In this document: piece after piece, positions 34,494 through 35,285 of the stretch | How positions within the stretch are numbered: the stretch's first letter is position 1 | Layout of the letters: each line of letters begins with the position of its first letter | From: Candidatus Eiseniibacteriota bacterium | Lineage (GTDB): Bacteria; Eisenbacteria; RBG-16-71-46; DASYSL01 | Assembly: GCA_031431875.1 (NCBI GenBank) | Contig: JANPEF010000113.1 | Location: forward strand, 1 to 35,285 | DNA: 35,285 bases | Direction: 5' to 3' | Position numbers and translations under genes: made by a program | The notes under the pieces: model-generated | The model's input: only the letters and a program-made list of their open reading frames with translations | What the model was told of the DNA's origin: nothing | Databases searched by the model: none

Positions 34494-34656
34494 CGAACGA
34501 TCTCCGAAGAGGGCGGGCGCAGGCTGCACCACACGGGACAACGCGGACAACGATTGCACGCGCACGGCCACGAACCGGCGCGTCACGGTCTCGGCACGAA
34601 CTGTAGACCGATGGCGAACGACGGGCAATTGACCTGTGCGTGACGGCCCGGACGCG

Positions 34657-34673
34657 CTGGCACGCAGCCTGCA
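34657..34673 (+). promoter_or_regulatory. putative sigma54 promoter
   Basis: CTGGCACG-CAGC-CTGCA, near-consensus, about 90 nt upstream of ATG 34764. Confidence 0.65.
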
Positions 34674-34763
34674 CACCGTTCTGTCGTCCCGCCGGCGGTC
34701 CCGGCCGCCGCGCGATCCGCACCCGCCGGATGCAACGGGGTTCGCCCCGCACAGGAGACGCCC

Positions 34764-35087
34764 ATGCGCCGCACCCTTCTTCTCGCCGCCCTCGCCGTCG
34801 CTGCGCCGCTCTTCCTCGCCCCCACCGCCCATGCCCACCCGAGCGTCGAAGCCCGACGTGTCGCGCCGCATCTCGTGGTTCGCCCTGCCGGCGTTCGCTC
34901 GGTCACGTTGCCCGAAGCCCGGCAACTTCGCCAGGCCCAGGCGCACGTCCGCAGGCTGGTGGCGCAGGCGCGCCGGGACGGCGTGATCACGCGACCCGAG
35001 CGCCGGGCGATCGCCCGCGCCATGGCGAGACGGGACGCGCTGGTGGCACAGGTCCGCCATCACTCGCACAGGCGGAACATCGGCTAA
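34764..35087 (+). CDS. small secreted Arg-rich helical protein
   Basis: AGGAG RBS; signal peptide ending AHA; VTLPEARQL...ARRDGVITRPERRAI pattern. Confidence 0.7.
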   Translation: MRRTLLLAALAVAAPLFLAPTAHAHPSVEARRVAPHLVVRPAGVRSVTLPEARQLRQAQAHVRRLVAQARRDGVITRPERRAIARAMARRDALVAQVRHHSHRRNIG

Positions 35088-35285
35088 ATGAGTTCGCGGG
35101 ATTCGGAGACGGTCGCGCGTGGCGGCACCGGGATGCCTTCGGCTGATTCGGCAACATTCAGCAGCCAATGGCAAGGCATCGGGTCAGGCGATCCCGAGGA
35201 GAGAGGTTGCGCCGCCAGAGACGAAGCCCGATGACCCGTCGGAGGGCTGATGCGTCGCAGGGCCGCCTTGTTCGCCGTCGAACAC

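Noticed and set aside
1..35285. Many long overlapping Arg/Ala/Pro-rich ORFs (e.g. 11516..13909 +, 14845..16407 +, 27670..29433 +)
   Set aside because: Antisense or alternate-frame shadows of well-supported genes, expected in high-GC DNA; no motifs or RBS
35088..35285. Possible 3' end of a minus-strand gene entering from the right edge
   Set aside because: More than one frame is open and none has a recognisable motif; cannot be called

Overview
This is a GC-rich bacterial window. A FlgD-Ig-tailed secreted protein and a C-terminal 'SWGHVKSTYHR' motif suggest a Ca. Eisenbacteria/Latescibacteria-like FCB-related host (inference only). The centrepiece (~10.0-24.8 kb) is a candidate extracellular electron transfer (EET) island. 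On the minus strand it runs: monoheme cytochrome c (probably bis-His, MtoD-like), NapC/NirT (CymA-like) tetraheme quinol dehydrogenase with one CX4CH site, an unannotated 68-aa 2-TM protein, a soluble PAS histidine kinase with a CxxC, a sigma54 NtrC-type activator, then an MtrA/DmsE decaheme and an MtrB/PioB porin, followed by a lone receiver and a His-rich membrane protein. A divergent hemN-hemY-hemH-nnrS-usp operon sits beside it. Sigma54 -24/-12 motifs and candidate enhancer palindromes lie upstream of several of these units. The left end looks like the edge of a mobile element: a partial Dam-like methyltransferase missed by the ORF track, an RHH-like protein, a triple-PAS hybrid kinase with a 426-bp internal duplication plus a DivK-like receiver, an IS3-like terminal repeat, and a decayed M61-peptidase-like junction. 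Also present are a Spy/CpxP protein, two L,D-transpeptidases, def, a GHL15-like secreted protein, a BNR-propeller/MoaD pair, and an AbiE-type type IV toxin-antitoxin locus with a clear leaderless promoter and operator palindrome. No rRNA, tRNA or CRISPR array was seen. All family calls come from motif recognition by eye; no searches were run.
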